In this document: positions 1 through 10,486 of the stretch, piece by piece | How positions within the stretch are numbered: position 1 is the first letter of the stretch | How the letters are laid out: every line of letters starts with the position of its first letter | Origin: Promethearchaeota archaeon | GTDB lineage: Archaea > Asgardarchaeota > Thorarchaeia > Thorarchaeales > Thorarchaeaceae | Assembly (NCBI GenBank): GCA_014728035.1 | Contig: WJMJ01000101.1 | Coordinates: 1 to 64,000, forward strand | Length of the DNA: 64,000 nt | Direction of reading: 5' to 3' | The notes under the pieces: generated by a model | Told to the model about the DNA's origin: nothing | Seen by the model: only the letters and a program-made list of their open reading frames with translations | The model's database searches: none | Translations under genes and position numbers: made by a program

Positions 1-2
1 CA

Positions 3-284
3 CCAGAGCCAGCACCAGAGCCAGCACCAGAGCCAGCACCAGAGCCAGAACAGCCGTCTAAGCCAGAATCTTCTCATGCATCAAATGTTGAAGTTATTGA
101 TGACCCATTATCTGGTTTTATTGTAGATAGACGATCTAAACATCGAGTAATAGAGAAGCAAAAAGAGCAACAAGCCAAACAAGCCGAGTCAAAAGATCAT
201 GACAATACATCAGTAAGCAATAAAAGTAAATCCGATGAAAGGTTCGACCTAGATAGTCTGCTTAACAAATTGAAAAAGAAATGA
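3..284 (+). CDS. 3' end of hypothetical protein with PEPA repeats (partial)
   Basis: Open frame from the window edge, PEPAPEPAPEPAPEPEQPSK...LLNKLKKK*; stop overlaps the ATG of the next gene (ATGA). Confidence 0.7.
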   Translation, partial: PEPAPEPAPEPAPEPEQPSKPESSHASNVEVIDDPLSGFIVDRRSKHRVIEKQKEQQAKQAESKDHDNTSVSNKSKSDERFDLDSLLNKLKKK

Positions 285-1186
285 AATATATATTAGGTAG
301 TGGTCTAATAGCTTTTATTGCTAAAAAGATGCTACCAGAGTATCAGATAATACCAAGCGGCAAGTCTAGATTTTATCAATATGATATAGCAACATGTGAT
401 GATTATATAGTTTGCCACCCCGATGTTGATGATGTAATTCAAAACATTTGTGGTAAGTTCATCCCTGTGTTTTTCAAAAGAGCATTTTCATTGGGTGGCG
501 ATTTATTATTTGCTCAAAATAATGCATTTGCTTCTATGTGGCTTAAAAAATCATATGGCGAATTTGCAGATTATGCACCATCACTTATTAAAATGGATAT
601 GTTTATATATAACATATCTGGTACTAATATTTTTAAACGCATAGAAAAAGAATGTATCAAAACGTGTGCTGACGCCATAAGAAATGAAGAGCGTATTGAA
701 TCTATTGATTTACAACAAAAGAAGCTTATATTAAAATCACCAAATGGTAAACGCATGGTTGAATATGACCACATTATCAATACACTACCGTTGAATGTTT
801 TATTTAAATTGTGTAATATAGATATAGAATTATCATCGAAAGATTTACATACATGCGTTCTAGCCACAGATGATTTTGATTTTGAGGGTGCCACCGAAGT
901 ATTAATTGTTGATGATTATATTGATTTTATCAAATGTACTTGCCTGGGAAAGAATATATATCAATTATTTTACACCACAGATATACCACAGTTATCATCA
1001 TATTTGCAGTTAATGATTAAAAAATTTAAGTTAATAAATGGCACATGTGTAAGAAATAGTATTCCGTGTGGTATGCCGTCTGATTATAATTTCGATGATT
1101 TTGGTATTAAAAATGTTGGAAGTTTGGCACAATGGGATGATCTAATAGACCTAAGCACATGCATAAGAATTCTAACGCAAATATGA
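281..1186 (+). CDS. FAD/NAD(P)-binding oxidoreductase-like protein
   Basis: N-terminal ILGSGLIA dinucleotide-binding motif, YDHIINTLPL, C-terminal VGSLAQW. Confidence 0.55.
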   Translation: MKYILGSGLIAFIAKKMLPEYQIIPSGKSRFYQYDIATCDDYIVCHPDVDDVIQNICGKFIPVFFKRAFSLGGDLLFAQNNAFASMWLKKSYGEFADYAPSLIKMDMFIYNISGTNIFKRIEKECIKTCADAIRNEERIESIDLQQKKLILKSPNGKRMVEYDHIINTLPLNVLFKLCNIDIELSSKDLHTCVLATDDFDFEGATEVLIVDDYIDFIKCTCLGKNIYQLFYTTDIPQLSSYLQLMIKKFKLINGTCVRNSIPCGMPSDYNFDDFGIKNVGSLAQWDDLIDLSTCIRILTQI

Positions 1187-1863
1187 CACCTTTTGATTTT
1201 GATAGTCGTAAGTGTCGACCAGCCAAATACAAATTGAGGGACACATCTCATTTTGGCTTTGAAGACTCTCGATCTTTGATGTTAGATATTTTGCAAATAT
1301 TTTGCTTATCGTGTCGTATGTGTGAATTAGGAAAATCAATGTTGGAAGAGAAAGGTAAAAAATTAGATCCACATGTGTTCAGTAATATGCAACATGATGC
1401 CAAATTTATGGTTGTGGGTCAAAATCCAGGATTTAATGAATGCGTGCGAGGTGTTCCATTTATTGGAGCAGCAGGCCAAAATTTTGACGATGAATTAGAT
1501 GCGAATGGGTTATCAAGAGATAAATTATATATTACAAACATAGTTAAATGCAAAACACCTGGCAACAAATTTGATTCTAGGCATTCAAAGTATAAACAGA
1601 TATGCTCTGCAATACTTAAATTAGAAATTCAAGTTATCAAGCCAAAAATGATCATTACATTGGGTTCTCATGCATTTTCATTTTTTGCACCCGACAAACG
1701 AATGTCAAATCATCTCGGAGATATTGTATGGACCGATTGGGGTCCAATTTTCCCCATTTATCATCCATCACCAATGAATTTGGCGGATAAATCAAGGAAA
1801 GATAAATTCAAGAAAGATATTAGAATTATGTGTAAAGTGGTGCGTAAATTACTTTCCAATTGA
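1183..1863 (+). CDS. udg: Uracil-DNA glycosylase, family 4 (Fe-S)
   Basis: CxxCxxC (CLSCRMC), VGQNPG, PFIGAAG, YITNIVKC, YHPS motifs; start chosen at the ATGA overlap. Confidence 0.9.
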   Translation: MTPFDFDSRKCRPAKYKLRDTSHFGFEDSRSLMLDILQIFCLSCRMCELGKSMLEEKGKKLDPHVFSNMQHDAKFMVVGQNPGFNECVRGVPFIGAAGQNFDDELDANGLSRDKLYITNIVKCKTPGNKFDSRHSKYKQICSAILKLEIQVIKPKMIITLGSHAFSFFAPDKRMSNHLGDIVWTDWGPIFPIYHPSPMNLADKSRKDKFKKDIRIMCKVVRKLLSN

Positions 1864-2265
1864 TTCATCATCCATCTTTACCAATTTATAACACGTTATT
1901 CCTCTTCTTTTGACCTTTTTTAAATTATAGATACCACCATCCTGTGCTCTAATAAATTTATTGAGTTTTTGCATAAACGTAGAAGGAGTAATGTCACCAG
2001 ATGACTCCATTAACTCTTCTTTAGTAAGATAACTATCTTGATTTATACATTTATCAATTAAAATTTCCAACAACAACCCGAATTTATTCATCAATTCATT
2101 TTCTTTCATAGCCTTCAAATCAGTTTTGTGTAACGTGACCTTGCCGTCGGCTATGCGTTCAGCCATGCATACTTTTTGTGTATTTGAAATGTGATCTATT
2201 TTCTTTATTTCGGAAGGAATATCAATACCAACATCGATTTTAATAACCTCAGTTTTGCCTGGCAT
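1849..2265 (-). CDS. Hypothetical protein (possible winged-helix)
   Basis: 138-aa ORF with AGGAG RBS. Confidence 0.5.
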   Translation of the reverse strand: MPGKTEVIKIDVGIDIPSEIKKIDHISNTQKVCMAERIADGKVTLHKTDLKAMKENELMNKFGLLLEILIDKCINQDSYLTKEELMESSGDITPSTFMQKLNKFIRAQDGGIYNLKKVKRRGITCYKLVKMDDESIGK

Positions 2266-2288
2266 ACTTTCTCCTAGAAAGGTTCATT

Positions 2289-2996
2289 ATGAAATGCATA
2301 ATGTGCTATTGTGACGTAGATTTAAATACACACATGACCGTTGATATTAATGGTGATAAATATGATGTTTATTTATGTGATGAACATAGTGAAACAACCA
2401 CAATGGGTGCCGTGCGTAAGAAATTACAAGATACTATCAATAAGATTAAAGAAATTATAGAGATAGCTAAAGATTTAGGTATTAATATCAATGAATTAAT
2501 AGGCAATGAACCAGCACCTGCACCAGCACCTGCACCTGCACCAGCACCTGCACCAGCACCTGCACCAGAGCCAATAAGTCCAATCACGGAGGGTATCATT
2601 GGGCAAGGAATGAACCCATCTCAAGTAGGGCCAAGACCATCTCCACCACAAGGATCACAACCACAACCCAAAGGCCCAGTTAAAGTGATTAAAGAAGGTG
2701 ATGAGATGCCAAAATTAGAAGAAGTTAATGAAGTAGTGGAGATGCGAGAATATAATATTAGGGGGAGGCCAACACAAATACCAAAACATGAACGTGGAGC
2801 CTGTGGAACAACAAACATATCTATTGTAAACACCAGTGATCAAATCATACAACGCAGATTCAGAAATTTAGATGTAACACAAAATTATGAAAATAATTAT
2901 ACGCCAGAATGCACAGCGTGTAATGGGTCTGGTATACACCCAGTCACACAAGACACGTGTCCAAAATGTCAGGGCATGGGTATTATGAATCAGTAA
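2289..2996 (+). CDS. Zn-finger protein with Pro-Ala linker and C-terminal DnaJ-type CxxCxGxG motifs
   Basis: CIMC...CDEH at the N-terminus; (PA)n; CTACNGSG...CPKCQGMG. Confidence 0.7.
   Translation: MKCIMCYCDVDLNTHMTVDINGDKYDVYLCDEHSETTTMGAVRKKLQDTINKIKEIIEIAKDLGININELIGNEPAPAPAPAPAPAPAPAPAPEPISPITEGIIGQGMNPSQVGPRPSPPQGSQPQPKGPVKVIKEGDEMPKLEEVNEVVEMREYNIRGRPTQIPKHERGACGTTNISIVNTSDQIIQRRFRNLDVTQNYENNYTPECTACNGSGIHPVTQDTCPKCQGMGIMNQ
2510..2569 (+). repeat. Coding hexamer repeat CCAGCA/CCTGCA (Pro-Ala linker)
   Basis: Direct reading. Confidence 0.9.
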
Positions 2997-3253
2997 GACA
3001 ACTTCATATATTGTCTATGTCTTAACTTGTGAGGTGCTGGTAACGCAACAGGTGACCATAATACATCGTATTTTTCACCACTTTTGACCATTTTCATTTT
3101 CTTGCTCAAATTTGTACTAATCATGTTGGACCCAACATTGACGGTAAAGCTATTGGGGTCCATAATCCCACCTGTCGGTTTTGACATTTTCTTATATTTT
3201 TTAACCCCAGCGCTGTTGCCCAACATGCCTTTATATAATTGATCCAATTTCAT
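2990..3253 (-). CDS. Hypothetical protein
   Basis: 87-aa ORF coupled to the upstream minus-strand ORF. Confidence 0.5.
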   Translation of the reverse strand: MKLDQLYKGMLGNSAGVKKYKKMSKPTGGIMDPNSFTVNVGSNMISTNLSKKMKMVKSGEKYDVLWSPVALPAPHKLRHRQYMKLSY

Positions 3254-3711
3254 TTATCTGTGGTTGGGTTGGTTGCCTGCCTCAACCCCTCCATATTCTG
3301 ACTTCCAGTCGCAGATTCAGCACTATTGGAAAACGTATCTATGCGTCTACCACTGTGCTGCACTGGCATATCCAAATCTTTTCTCAAATCATCCAAGTAT
3401 TTAAGGGCAAGATCAATTTGATCAGGTGGTACTGCTGATCCAGTGAGTTGTTTACGAAAAGCTAAATCAAATGATGGATCATCAATATTTTTATAACTAT
3501 GTGTATGGAAAAATGCAGCACTAATTGGTTCGTAATACGTGATTTTGGGGTTATTGATTTTAATGCGATACATATCTTCGGCTGATTGCCAATGATATTG
3601 CGTATAATGAGAACGTTCTTCTGTGTCTCCGTGATAAGCCAAACCAAGCTTGGCGGCATCACTGAACATATTACTCACGGCCTCAAGGAATAATTTTTCA
3701 TTATGTTTCAT
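3250..3711 (-). CDS. Hypothetical protein
   Basis: Start moved to MKHNEK after an AAGGAG RBS. Confidence 0.55.
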   Translation of the reverse strand: MKHNEKLFLEAVSNMFSDAAKLGLAYHGDTEERSHYTQYHWQSAEDMYRIKINNPKITYYEPISAAFFHTHSYKNIDDPSFDLAFRKQLTGSAVPPDQIDLALKYLDDLRKDLDMPVQHSGRRIDTFSNSAESATGSQNMEGLRQATNPTTDK

Positions 3712-3745
3712 TTTGACAGTCTCCTTGTTAAGGTAATTTTGACCG

Positions 3746-3976
3746 ATGTTTAAACAATTAGATATAGTACAGATAATAACTACTCGCAATGTAATTTATA
3801 TGTCAGGACCCCAAAATGCCAATGTTAAACCAAATGGTCAATGGTCCGTGGTAGGGAATATTGGCAATGAACTATTATTGTCAAAGGATTCGACGTTAAT
3901 TAAGATACCGTCAACAGATGTGATCAAAATTGCCAATTATGACCCAGAAGCATTTCTTAGGAGAAACAATGGCTAA
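3746..3976 (+). CDS. Hypothetical protein
   Basis: 76-aa ORF whose end overlaps the recA start. Confidence 0.55.
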   Translation: MFKQLDIVQIITTRNVIYMSGPQNANVKPNGQWSVVGNIGNELLLSKDSTLIKIPSTDVIKIANYDPEAFLRRNNG

Positions 3977-5030
3977 AAAGCAAAAAACTGAATCGGATTC
4001 TGTAGTCAACATCAATGGTATTGATGACCTTAAGAAGGAATGCGTCAAAAGATGGGGTGATGCTGTTTTAATGGAGATGGGTAATTTTTCTATGCGTGGC
4101 ATAGATGCGATATCAACTGGTTCACTTTGTATAGATGAAGCAACCGGAGTTGGTGGTATACCAAAGGGCAGAATAATTGAGATATTTGGTCCAGAGGGAT
4201 CTGGAAAGACTATGCTGTCGCTGCATTGTGTGGCTAATGTACAACGCAATGACGGAGTTGCCGCATTTATAGATGCTGAACATGCACTGGATCCCAAATT
4301 CGCAACTGATATCGGCGTTGATCTTGATCATTTGTTGCTCAGTCAACCAGATTATGGTGAGCAGGCACTCGAAATGGTTGAACTCATGGTTAGGTCTCAA
4401 GTAGTAGATATTATAGTAATAGATTCAGTTGCTGCATTAACTCCCAAGAAAGAGATCGAAGGAGAGATGGGAGAATCACACATTGGGGCACAGGCGCGGA
4501 TGATGAGCCAAGCTATGCGCAAAATCGCCGGAATCATCAAGAAAAGGAATGTAGCAGTAATATTTATCAACCAATTGCGTATGAAGGTTGGTGTAATGAT
4601 GGGAACACCTGAGACAACTCCCGGAGGGAAAGCACTAAAATTTTATGCTGGAATGCGTATTGATATTAGACGTGTGCAGGGAATAAAGGACGGTGATATT
4701 GATGTTGGCCATAGAGCTTCGATTAAGATAGCCAAAAACAAAGTGGCAGCGCCATTTAGAAAGTGTTTTGTGCCAATTATTTATGGTGAGGGAATAAGCA
4801 AAGCTAGAGAAATTATAGATCTGGGCTTCAAATATAAATTAGTGGGAAAATCAGGAAGTTGGTTTAGTTATGGCGATACACGCATAGGAAATGGCATTGT
4901 ACAGGCATCGGCATTTCTCAAGGAAAATCCAGATATTATGGATGAATTGTATAATCAGATACGATCCATAATGATCGATAATGACAACGCCGGAGATACA
5001 GATGAAAGCTCCCAGGTTCAAAGTCAATGA
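3969..5030 (+). CDS. recA: RecA recombinase (bacterial-type)
   Basis: GPEGSGKT Walker A, IDAEHALD, DSVAAL, FINQLR, TPGGKALKFY, KNKVAAPF; AGGAG RBS before ATG 3969. Confidence 0.97.
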   Translation: MAKKQKTESDSVVNINGIDDLKKECVKRWGDAVLMEMGNFSMRGIDAISTGSLCIDEATGVGGIPKGRIIEIFGPEGSGKTMLSLHCVANVQRNDGVAAFIDAEHALDPKFATDIGVDLDHLLLSQPDYGEQALEMVELMVRSQVVDIIVIDSVAALTPKKEIEGEMGESHIGAQARMMSQAMRKIAGIIKKRNVAVIFINQLRMKVGVMMGTPETTPGGKALKFYAGMRIDIRRVQGIKDGDIDVGHRASIKIAKNKVAAPFRKCFVPIIYGEGISKAREIIDLGFKYKLVGKSGSWFSYGDTRIGNGIVQASAFLKENPDIMDELYNQIRSIMIDNDNAGDTDESSQVQSQ

Positions 5031-5619
5031 TGCGGTATATCTGAGTGAATCGGCTACAATGGGTCGCTTAGAATCATATAGAATAGATGGCGTGAGATAC
5101 AATCAACGATTGCAAGACTGGATATATTCATGTGTAATTACGATGAAAGGGCCAGAAACAGATACTGTAATTGATAATTATAACCTAAAAAAATCATCGG
5201 TTTTAGAATTTAAAGAATCGACATTATCTACATTGTGTGAAGCGCTTGACAAAGCGATCCCAACGTTGCATCATGAAATTAATTTGCTGAACATACGTAG
5301 GAATGTAATGTCTGGTGTGCAGGAAACAACAAATACTGATAATCCATTTTTGTACGAAACTGGTGATGAGGTATATTTAAGAGAATCAGCTATACTTGGC
5401 TTTATTGAGAGATTTACTGTGGGTAACATAAAACAAGACTTGTCAACAAAAAATTGGTTATATCAAATAACAAGACCGGATGTTGACTCAAAGTATTTCA
5501 GCACTCTGTGGTTTAGATCAGATGAAATTGTTAAATTAGATGAGGCGTTAGAACTGGCGATCAATAATTACCAGACAAAAATTAATGAATTAACCTCCCT
5601 CAGAGAATCGATGTGCTAG
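5002..5619 (+). CDS. Hypothetical protein with internal tandem domain duplication
   Basis: VYLSESATMGRLESY and VYLRESAILGFIERF repeats; GGAG RBS. Confidence 0.65.
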   Translation: MKAPRFKVNDAVYLSESATMGRLESYRIDGVRYNQRLQDWIYSCVITMKGPETDTVIDNYNLKKSSVLEFKESTLSTLCEALDKAIPTLHHEINLLNIRRNVMSGVQETTNTDNPFLYETGDEVYLRESAILGFIERFTVGNIKQDLSTKNWLYQITRPDVDSKYFSTLWFRSDEIVKLDEALELAINNYQTKINELTSLRESMC

Positions 5620-5623
5620 ATAT

Positions 5624-6952
5624 ATGACATTATCAACACTTCAAGAACGATCCATAATTGCACTTGCTTTTGATTATCCTGATTTCTTTGCTTATATTTT
5701 AAATAATATAAAGATGGATGACTTTTCGGAAGATCCGAATAAGTTCATTTTTACTATTATAACTACATATTATAATAGACGATCCGAATTACCCACCAGA
5801 GAAATGGCAAGAGACATTGCCGCTAGATATCTGACAGTTGATGATCCGCTGACAGACGAAGTTATTGAGAATATACAATATGAAATAGATCCGCGCAATA
5901 TTGATGTAATTAAAGAAGATGTCATAGAATGGCTTAGAGAAAGAGCCTATGGAATCTTATATTCAGATGAAGGCATAGAAGCATATCAGAGTCATAATTA
6001 TGTCAAATTGCACAAAATGTTGGAATCGGCATCAAGTGTGCAGGACATCGGTACGGATGGTATGTGGTTTTTTAATGACTTTGAAATCATACTGCAAAAA
6101 CGAGTAATGGAGAAATTTACCACTGGATTTGATGAGTTAGATACGTATATCAATTTTGGTGGTCCATCAAGGGGTGAAGTATTCTTGTTTATGGCACCAA
6201 CTGGTGTGGGTAAGTCAATGGCTATGATCAACACTGGTACTAGGTGTGTGCGAAGAGGACACAATGTATTACATGTAACTATGGAGATGACCAAAGAACG
6301 CACTGCCGAGCGATATGTGGGTACGTTTACTAGTCTACCAATAAATGAGAGATTTGAGATAGAAACAAAACGAGACATTATTTCTACGATAAACAAAGAG
6401 AAAGCCACTACTGAAGGGTCACTGGTCATATATGAATATGCTCCAGATGATATTAGTATAGATACTATTACCGCATTAATGGATTTTCTTGCTAAAGCAA
6501 GAAAATTTACCCCAGACATCGTGATCATAGATTACATGGAATTGCTTTTATCACGCAATCAGTATTTAAATAGAGATGATTATGTCAGACAGAAACACGT
6601 ATCTACTGAATTAAGGCAATTAGCCAAGAAAACTAAAAGTCTGATCATATCGGCAACACAAACCAATAGAGGAGATCCAAAAGCCAAAGAACAAATGATA
6701 GAATTAAATCGCGTGGCAGAATCTTATGGTAAGACAATGCCGGTCGATTATGTAGTAAGCATAAATCAAAAACGCGGTGAATATAAGCCGGAAGATGGTA
6801 GTGCGATGATGCAGTTTTATATTGCAAAAAATCGTAATGGTCCAAAATTTAAAACCGTAGACATTGTTGCTGATTATAAGACAATGAGAATGTGGGAGGG
6901 TAAAATTGATGTCCAAGAAAGCCAAGAAAATTCAGAAGACGAAGAAATCTGA
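5624..6952 (+). CDS. DnaB/T4 gp41-like replicative helicase
   Basis: APTGVGKS, HVTMEM, IIDYMEL, SATQTNR, VAESYGK, IAKNRNG. Confidence 0.92.
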   Translation: MTLSTLQERSIIALAFDYPDFFAYILNNIKMDDFSEDPNKFIFTIITTYYNRRSELPTREMARDIAARYLTVDDPLTDEVIENIQYEIDPRNIDVIKEDVIEWLRERAYGILYSDEGIEAYQSHNYVKLHKMLESASSVQDIGTDGMWFFNDFEIILQKRVMEKFTTGFDELDTYINFGGPSRGEVFLFMAPTGVGKSMAMINTGTRCVRRGHNVLHVTMEMTKERTAERYVGTFTSLPINERFEIETKRDIISTINKEKATTEGSLVIYEYAPDDISIDTITALMDFLAKARKFTPDIVIIDYMELLLSRNQYLNRDDYVRQKHVSTELRQLAKKTKSLIISATQTNRGDPKAKEQMIELNRVAESYGKTMPVDYVVSINQKRGEYKPEDGSAMMQFYIAKNRNGPKFKTVDIVADYKTMRMWEGKIDVQESQENSEDEEI

Positions 6953-7409
6953 CGATGCCGCTATACAAAATGACAACACACAATCTATAGTGGCATTATC
7001 GGCATTACCAATATCACATGAATTTTCTTGTGTTATTATGAGATGTCATGCAGTTGAAGAAGAAAAGAAAAAAGAAATAGACAGAATATGCCAACTAATG
7101 CAGAATGCAATATATAGACTGGATATGATCAGCACCAGTGATGGTACCGTAGTATCAATAGATGCATATAATCTAGAAGACACCATAAGTGGTAAATTAT
7201 TATGGAATTTGGTACCTAGCTTAATTGATGCTGACGGCAAATGTTATATGGAAGTTTATAATTTTAGTGGAAATGATCTAGTGGCCCTGGAAAGATATAT
7301 GTTAGATGAAGTTAGCATAAATCTGACAAGGGACAAGAGATCTAATGCGAAACAGTCAATTAGGATCGAAGCCAGAATATTACAGGAAATTGACGATGCC
7401 ATTCTATGA
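6906..7409 (+). CDS. Hypothetical protein
   Basis: ORF in the operon. Confidence 0.55.
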   Translation: MMSKKAKKIQKTKKSDDAAIQNDNTQSIVALSALPISHEFSCVIMRCHAVEEEKKKEIDRICQLMQNAIYRLDMISTSDGTVVSIDAYNLEDTISGKLLWNLVPSLIDADGKCYMEVYNFSGNDLVALERYMLDEVSINLTRDKRSNAKQSIRIEARILQEIDDAIL

Positions 7410-7737
7410 TTATAAGTGTGAATCTTGTGGTGCAATTCAAGAAATAATGCACAAAATGTCTGAGTCTCCTAATATTACTTGCACGGAATGTGGCAACGAA
7501 TGCACCAAGACTCTGGAAAACATGAATCTTACTACGTATGTGAAGGGCAATGGCATCGTGAATGATAGAGCAGGCGCTAAACGCGATATGCATTTATATA
7601 ATTTACAAAATAAAGACCCATATAGCATGCATAGAGTAGATGGTGAAAAGGATTATTTGGAAAATAAACTAAGAAATGCTGGCAAACACCAGAAAAACAC
7701 TAAAACATTTGTGGGCAGTTCCAAAAAGAATAAATAA
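7396..7737 (+). CDS. FmdB-family zinc ribbon protein
   Basis: MPFYDYKCESCG...CTECG signature. Confidence 0.85.
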   Translation: MPFYDYKCESCGAIQEIMHKMSESPNITCTECGNECTKTLENMNLTTYVKGNGIVNDRAGAKRDMHLYNLQNKDPYSMHRVDGEKDYLENKLRNAGKHQKNTKTFVGSSKKNK

Positions 7738-7742
7738 AGCAT

Positions 7743-8891
7743 ATGAAGATCATATGCACTGCGTTTGATTATACACAAGACACACCAAAACCGTTGTATT
7801 CTGTCTGTTTTGATCAAGACAGTAAATATATCAAATTCTACAAGTTATATATGAAGGGCATAAAAACCAAATTAAAAACGGTCTTTGATAATATCAAAGA
7901 GCTAAATCAGATTATAAAGTCAAACACAACCTTAATTAATGATGTTATGTCGCATCTGCGATACTTAGACATTTCTTCAGATGATGATATATACGAATTT
8001 GCGACCAAGATAGACATAAAACACGATAATGAAACAGACATCAAAAAACAATTATGTAAGATATTAATGACGAACCAGTTAGATCCACAAAATTGGATGA
8101 GGATAAAATCTAAATCGTCTCTAATATACAAATATCTTGAAGATCGAGGCATAAACCACGGATATAAGCTAGTTCACACCCAATATGATTTACACACCTT
8201 TAGTGGCAGGTCTAGGGCAACTAAATTTAATATTCAAGGTACCAACGAGTCAAATCCTATTTCTCATCCAAATCCAGATTATAAATATTTTGTACACCTA
8301 GATTGGATGGCCGCTGATATCAGAATGGCAGGATTGTTATCTGAAGATAACACTATTCTAGACATGTTCCATGAATCGGATCCCTATACACATTTATCAA
8401 ATGTGATAAGCAATGAATCTATGCAGGTAAGTAGATCCGAGTGCAAATCAGAATTAATAATGGGATTATATTCATTGGACTTCAATAATCCAATTATCTG
8501 TTTATTTCCTAAATTGCGTAGCTGGATAATAGATAAGATTAAACAGTTCGATACTGATTATAATTTCACCACAATACTTGGCAAACCCATACCAAAATCA
8601 AATATTAAAACATCGTTTAATGCCATAATACAAGGGTCTATTGCTGAGGCCATGCAACATACATTGTGTCGAATAGGGTCGAGCAATCCCAATATTATTG
8701 TGACCGAGGTCCATGACTCTCTTATTCTGGCTTCAAGACCATCACAAATTAAAACCGTGATTAATACTGGGAAAACAGTTATGATTAAGCCATTTCATGG
8801 TATTTTAGATCGCGATTTAATTTTTCCAATAAGAGTCAGTGTTGGAACAAAATGGAAGAGATGGAAATTGCTGGAGTCATACCGTGGATAA
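7743..8891 (+). CDS. Short family A DNA polymerase-like protein (polymerase domain only)
   Basis: TFSGRS, FNIQG, motif A LDWMAADIRM, motif B-like RSECK, NAIIQGSIAE, motif C VHDSL. Confidence 0.75.
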   Translation: MKIICTAFDYTQDTPKPLYSVCFDQDSKYIKFYKLYMKGIKTKLKTVFDNIKELNQIIKSNTTLINDVMSHLRYLDISSDDDIYEFATKIDIKHDNETDIKKQLCKILMTNQLDPQNWMRIKSKSSLIYKYLEDRGINHGYKLVHTQYDLHTFSGRSRATKFNIQGTNESNPISHPNPDYKYFVHLDWMAADIRMAGLLSEDNTILDMFHESDPYTHLSNVISNESMQVSRSECKSELIMGLYSLDFNNPIICLFPKLRSWIIDKIKQFDTDYNFTTILGKPIPKSNIKTSFNAIIQGSIAEAMQHTLCRIGSSNPNIIVTEVHDSLILASRPSQIKTVINTGKTVMIKPFHGILDRDLIFPIRVSVGTKWKRWKLLESYRG

Positions 8892-9354
8892 ACCTACATC
8901 GCTATTAGAAGTTGCTGACGAAGTCCAGGAAATATTGTTCAGGATTGAAGTCAACTTAAAAGGCAATAAAATTGTATGTGAGACTCGTGAGAATTTAAAA
9001 ATAGATTACGATGAAATATTATTTGAGTTGGAAAGGATGCCACAAATCTATCATGCCTGGTCACAGATGTACAGTGAAGTAAAAGAACAGGTCAATGTGG
9101 CAGACAAGAAGATCAGACGTAGACGCGGACAGCTTACTGCCCACATTATCAGTGATATGGGAAAGAGCATGAGTAGGGGAACCATTGCCGATTTAGTAGA
9201 ATGCGATGACAGTTTACTGACATTAGAAGCTGATCTTTTTAGACTACAAAAATTGGCTGGTAAATTGTATTTCACGCTGGAATCACTAAAGATGAAGAGT
9301 GAACATATGCGTTCACTATGTGGATTCAAAAGAATTGAAATGCAAGATTCATAG
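8884..9354 (+). CDS. UvsY-like recombination mediator
   Basis: Helical ~155-aa protein directly upstream of the SSB, as in T4-like phages; GTG start after GGAG. Confidence 0.5.
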   Translation: MDKPTSLLEVADEVQEILFRIEVNLKGNKIVCETRENLKIDYDEILFELERMPQIYHAWSQMYSEVKEQVNVADKKIRRRRGQLTAHIISDMGKSMSRGTIADLVECDDSLLTLEADLFRLQKLAGKLYFTLESLKMKSEHMRSLCGFKRIEMQDS

Positions 9355-9419
9355 GCGCGAATGGCCAAATTGACAGAGTTGTCACTTGCCTCAGTGCCAC
9401 AGACAAAGGAGAGTCAGAA

Positions 9420-10439
9420 ATGAGTGATGCACAGAAAGAATTGGCACGTGTACGGGAGTTAATGCGTAAGAAGAAGGGAGGTGGGCGCGATCCCAACGAA
9501 TGGCGTCCGGATAAGGCAGAAGAGGGCAAGACATTGCGTTGGAAACTGTTTATCTTGCCTCCCACAGACAGTATGAATGGATTGTGGTTTTATCGACATG
9601 GTGCGCATTATATTGATAATCGCATGCATCAATGCCCGAGATTGCATGACGATATCAAGTGCCCATTGTGTGATTTTGGGTTTGATATGATGAGAGAGAC
9701 TGATGATAGAGACAAGAGACGTGAAATCCGTCGTGCGCTTCTGTCGTCGGCTCGATATGCAGTGAACATTTATTTCCCGGCATATGAATCAACACCGATG
9801 GAACTCCGTGGTAGAGTGTTCTGGTATTCTATGCCTGAAACGTTGTATAATATATGCGAAGAGGTGGTGTTCCGCGAAGGTCCTGGTGATGATCCCGATG
9901 ATCCCGCTCCATGGGGATTTTTCTATGAACCCAACGCGGCACATCCACTCATTCTAGAAGCCAAAAAGAAGGGTGATTACAATAGTTATGAATCGAGCCG
10001 ATTTGGTGGTCAGAAGGTTCCCATATCTAAGAAGGATGGCATGATCGACAAGATATTGGACCAGAGGTTTGACCTTCCAAACAAGTTCGATGAAAGAGAC
10101 ATTGATACGTTGCAGGCCATAGTTGACAATTTGTCTGGCAAAACGACTTCTCGTCCCGTTATTACCGAGCAGAAGACAAAGACAAAAACAAAGCAGACAA
10201 CAACCAAATCCACAACGCAGAACGACGACAAGTCGGAAGAAGAACCAGAGGTAGAGACTGAAACAGAAACCGAAGTTGAAACCGAAGTTGAAACTGATGT
10301 GCAGACTACCGACAACGAGGTAGAGACCGAGCCTGAAGTAGAGACCGAAACGAATGAAAATACCGAAGCGGAAGGTGTTCCTGAAACTGAAGATGATGCT
10401 GAATTGCAGGATCTTCTTGCCAAACTCAAATCGGACTGA
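9420..10439 (+). CDS. T4 gp32-like single-stranded DNA-binding protein
   Basis: FILPP, H...CP...CPLC Zn site, NSYESSRF, long acidic C-terminal tail. Confidence 0.85.
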   Translation: MSDAQKELARVRELMRKKKGGGRDPNEWRPDKAEEGKTLRWKLFILPPTDSMNGLWFYRHGAHYIDNRMHQCPRLHDDIKCPLCDFGFDMMRETDDRDKRREIRRALLSSARYAVNIYFPAYESTPMELRGRVFWYSMPETLYNICEEVVFREGPGDDPDDPAPWGFFYEPNAAHPLILEAKKKGDYNSYESSRFGGQKVPISKKDGMIDKILDQRFDLPNKFDERDIDTLQAIVDNLSGKTTSRPVITEQKTKTKTKQTTTKSTTQNDDKSEEEPEVETETETEVETEVETDVQTTDNEVETEPEVETETNENTEAEGVPETEDDAELQDLLAKLKSD

Positions 10440-10448
10440 GAATTAAGG

Positions 10449-10480
10449 ATAGAGGCCCCAGATATATCTGGGGCCTCTAT
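10449..10480. terminator. Perfect 32-bp palindrome after the SSB gene (terminator or RNA-processing hairpin)
   Basis: ATAGAGGCCCCAGATA|TATCTGGGGCCTCTAT. Confidence 0.65.
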
Positions 10481-10486
10481 ATATCT

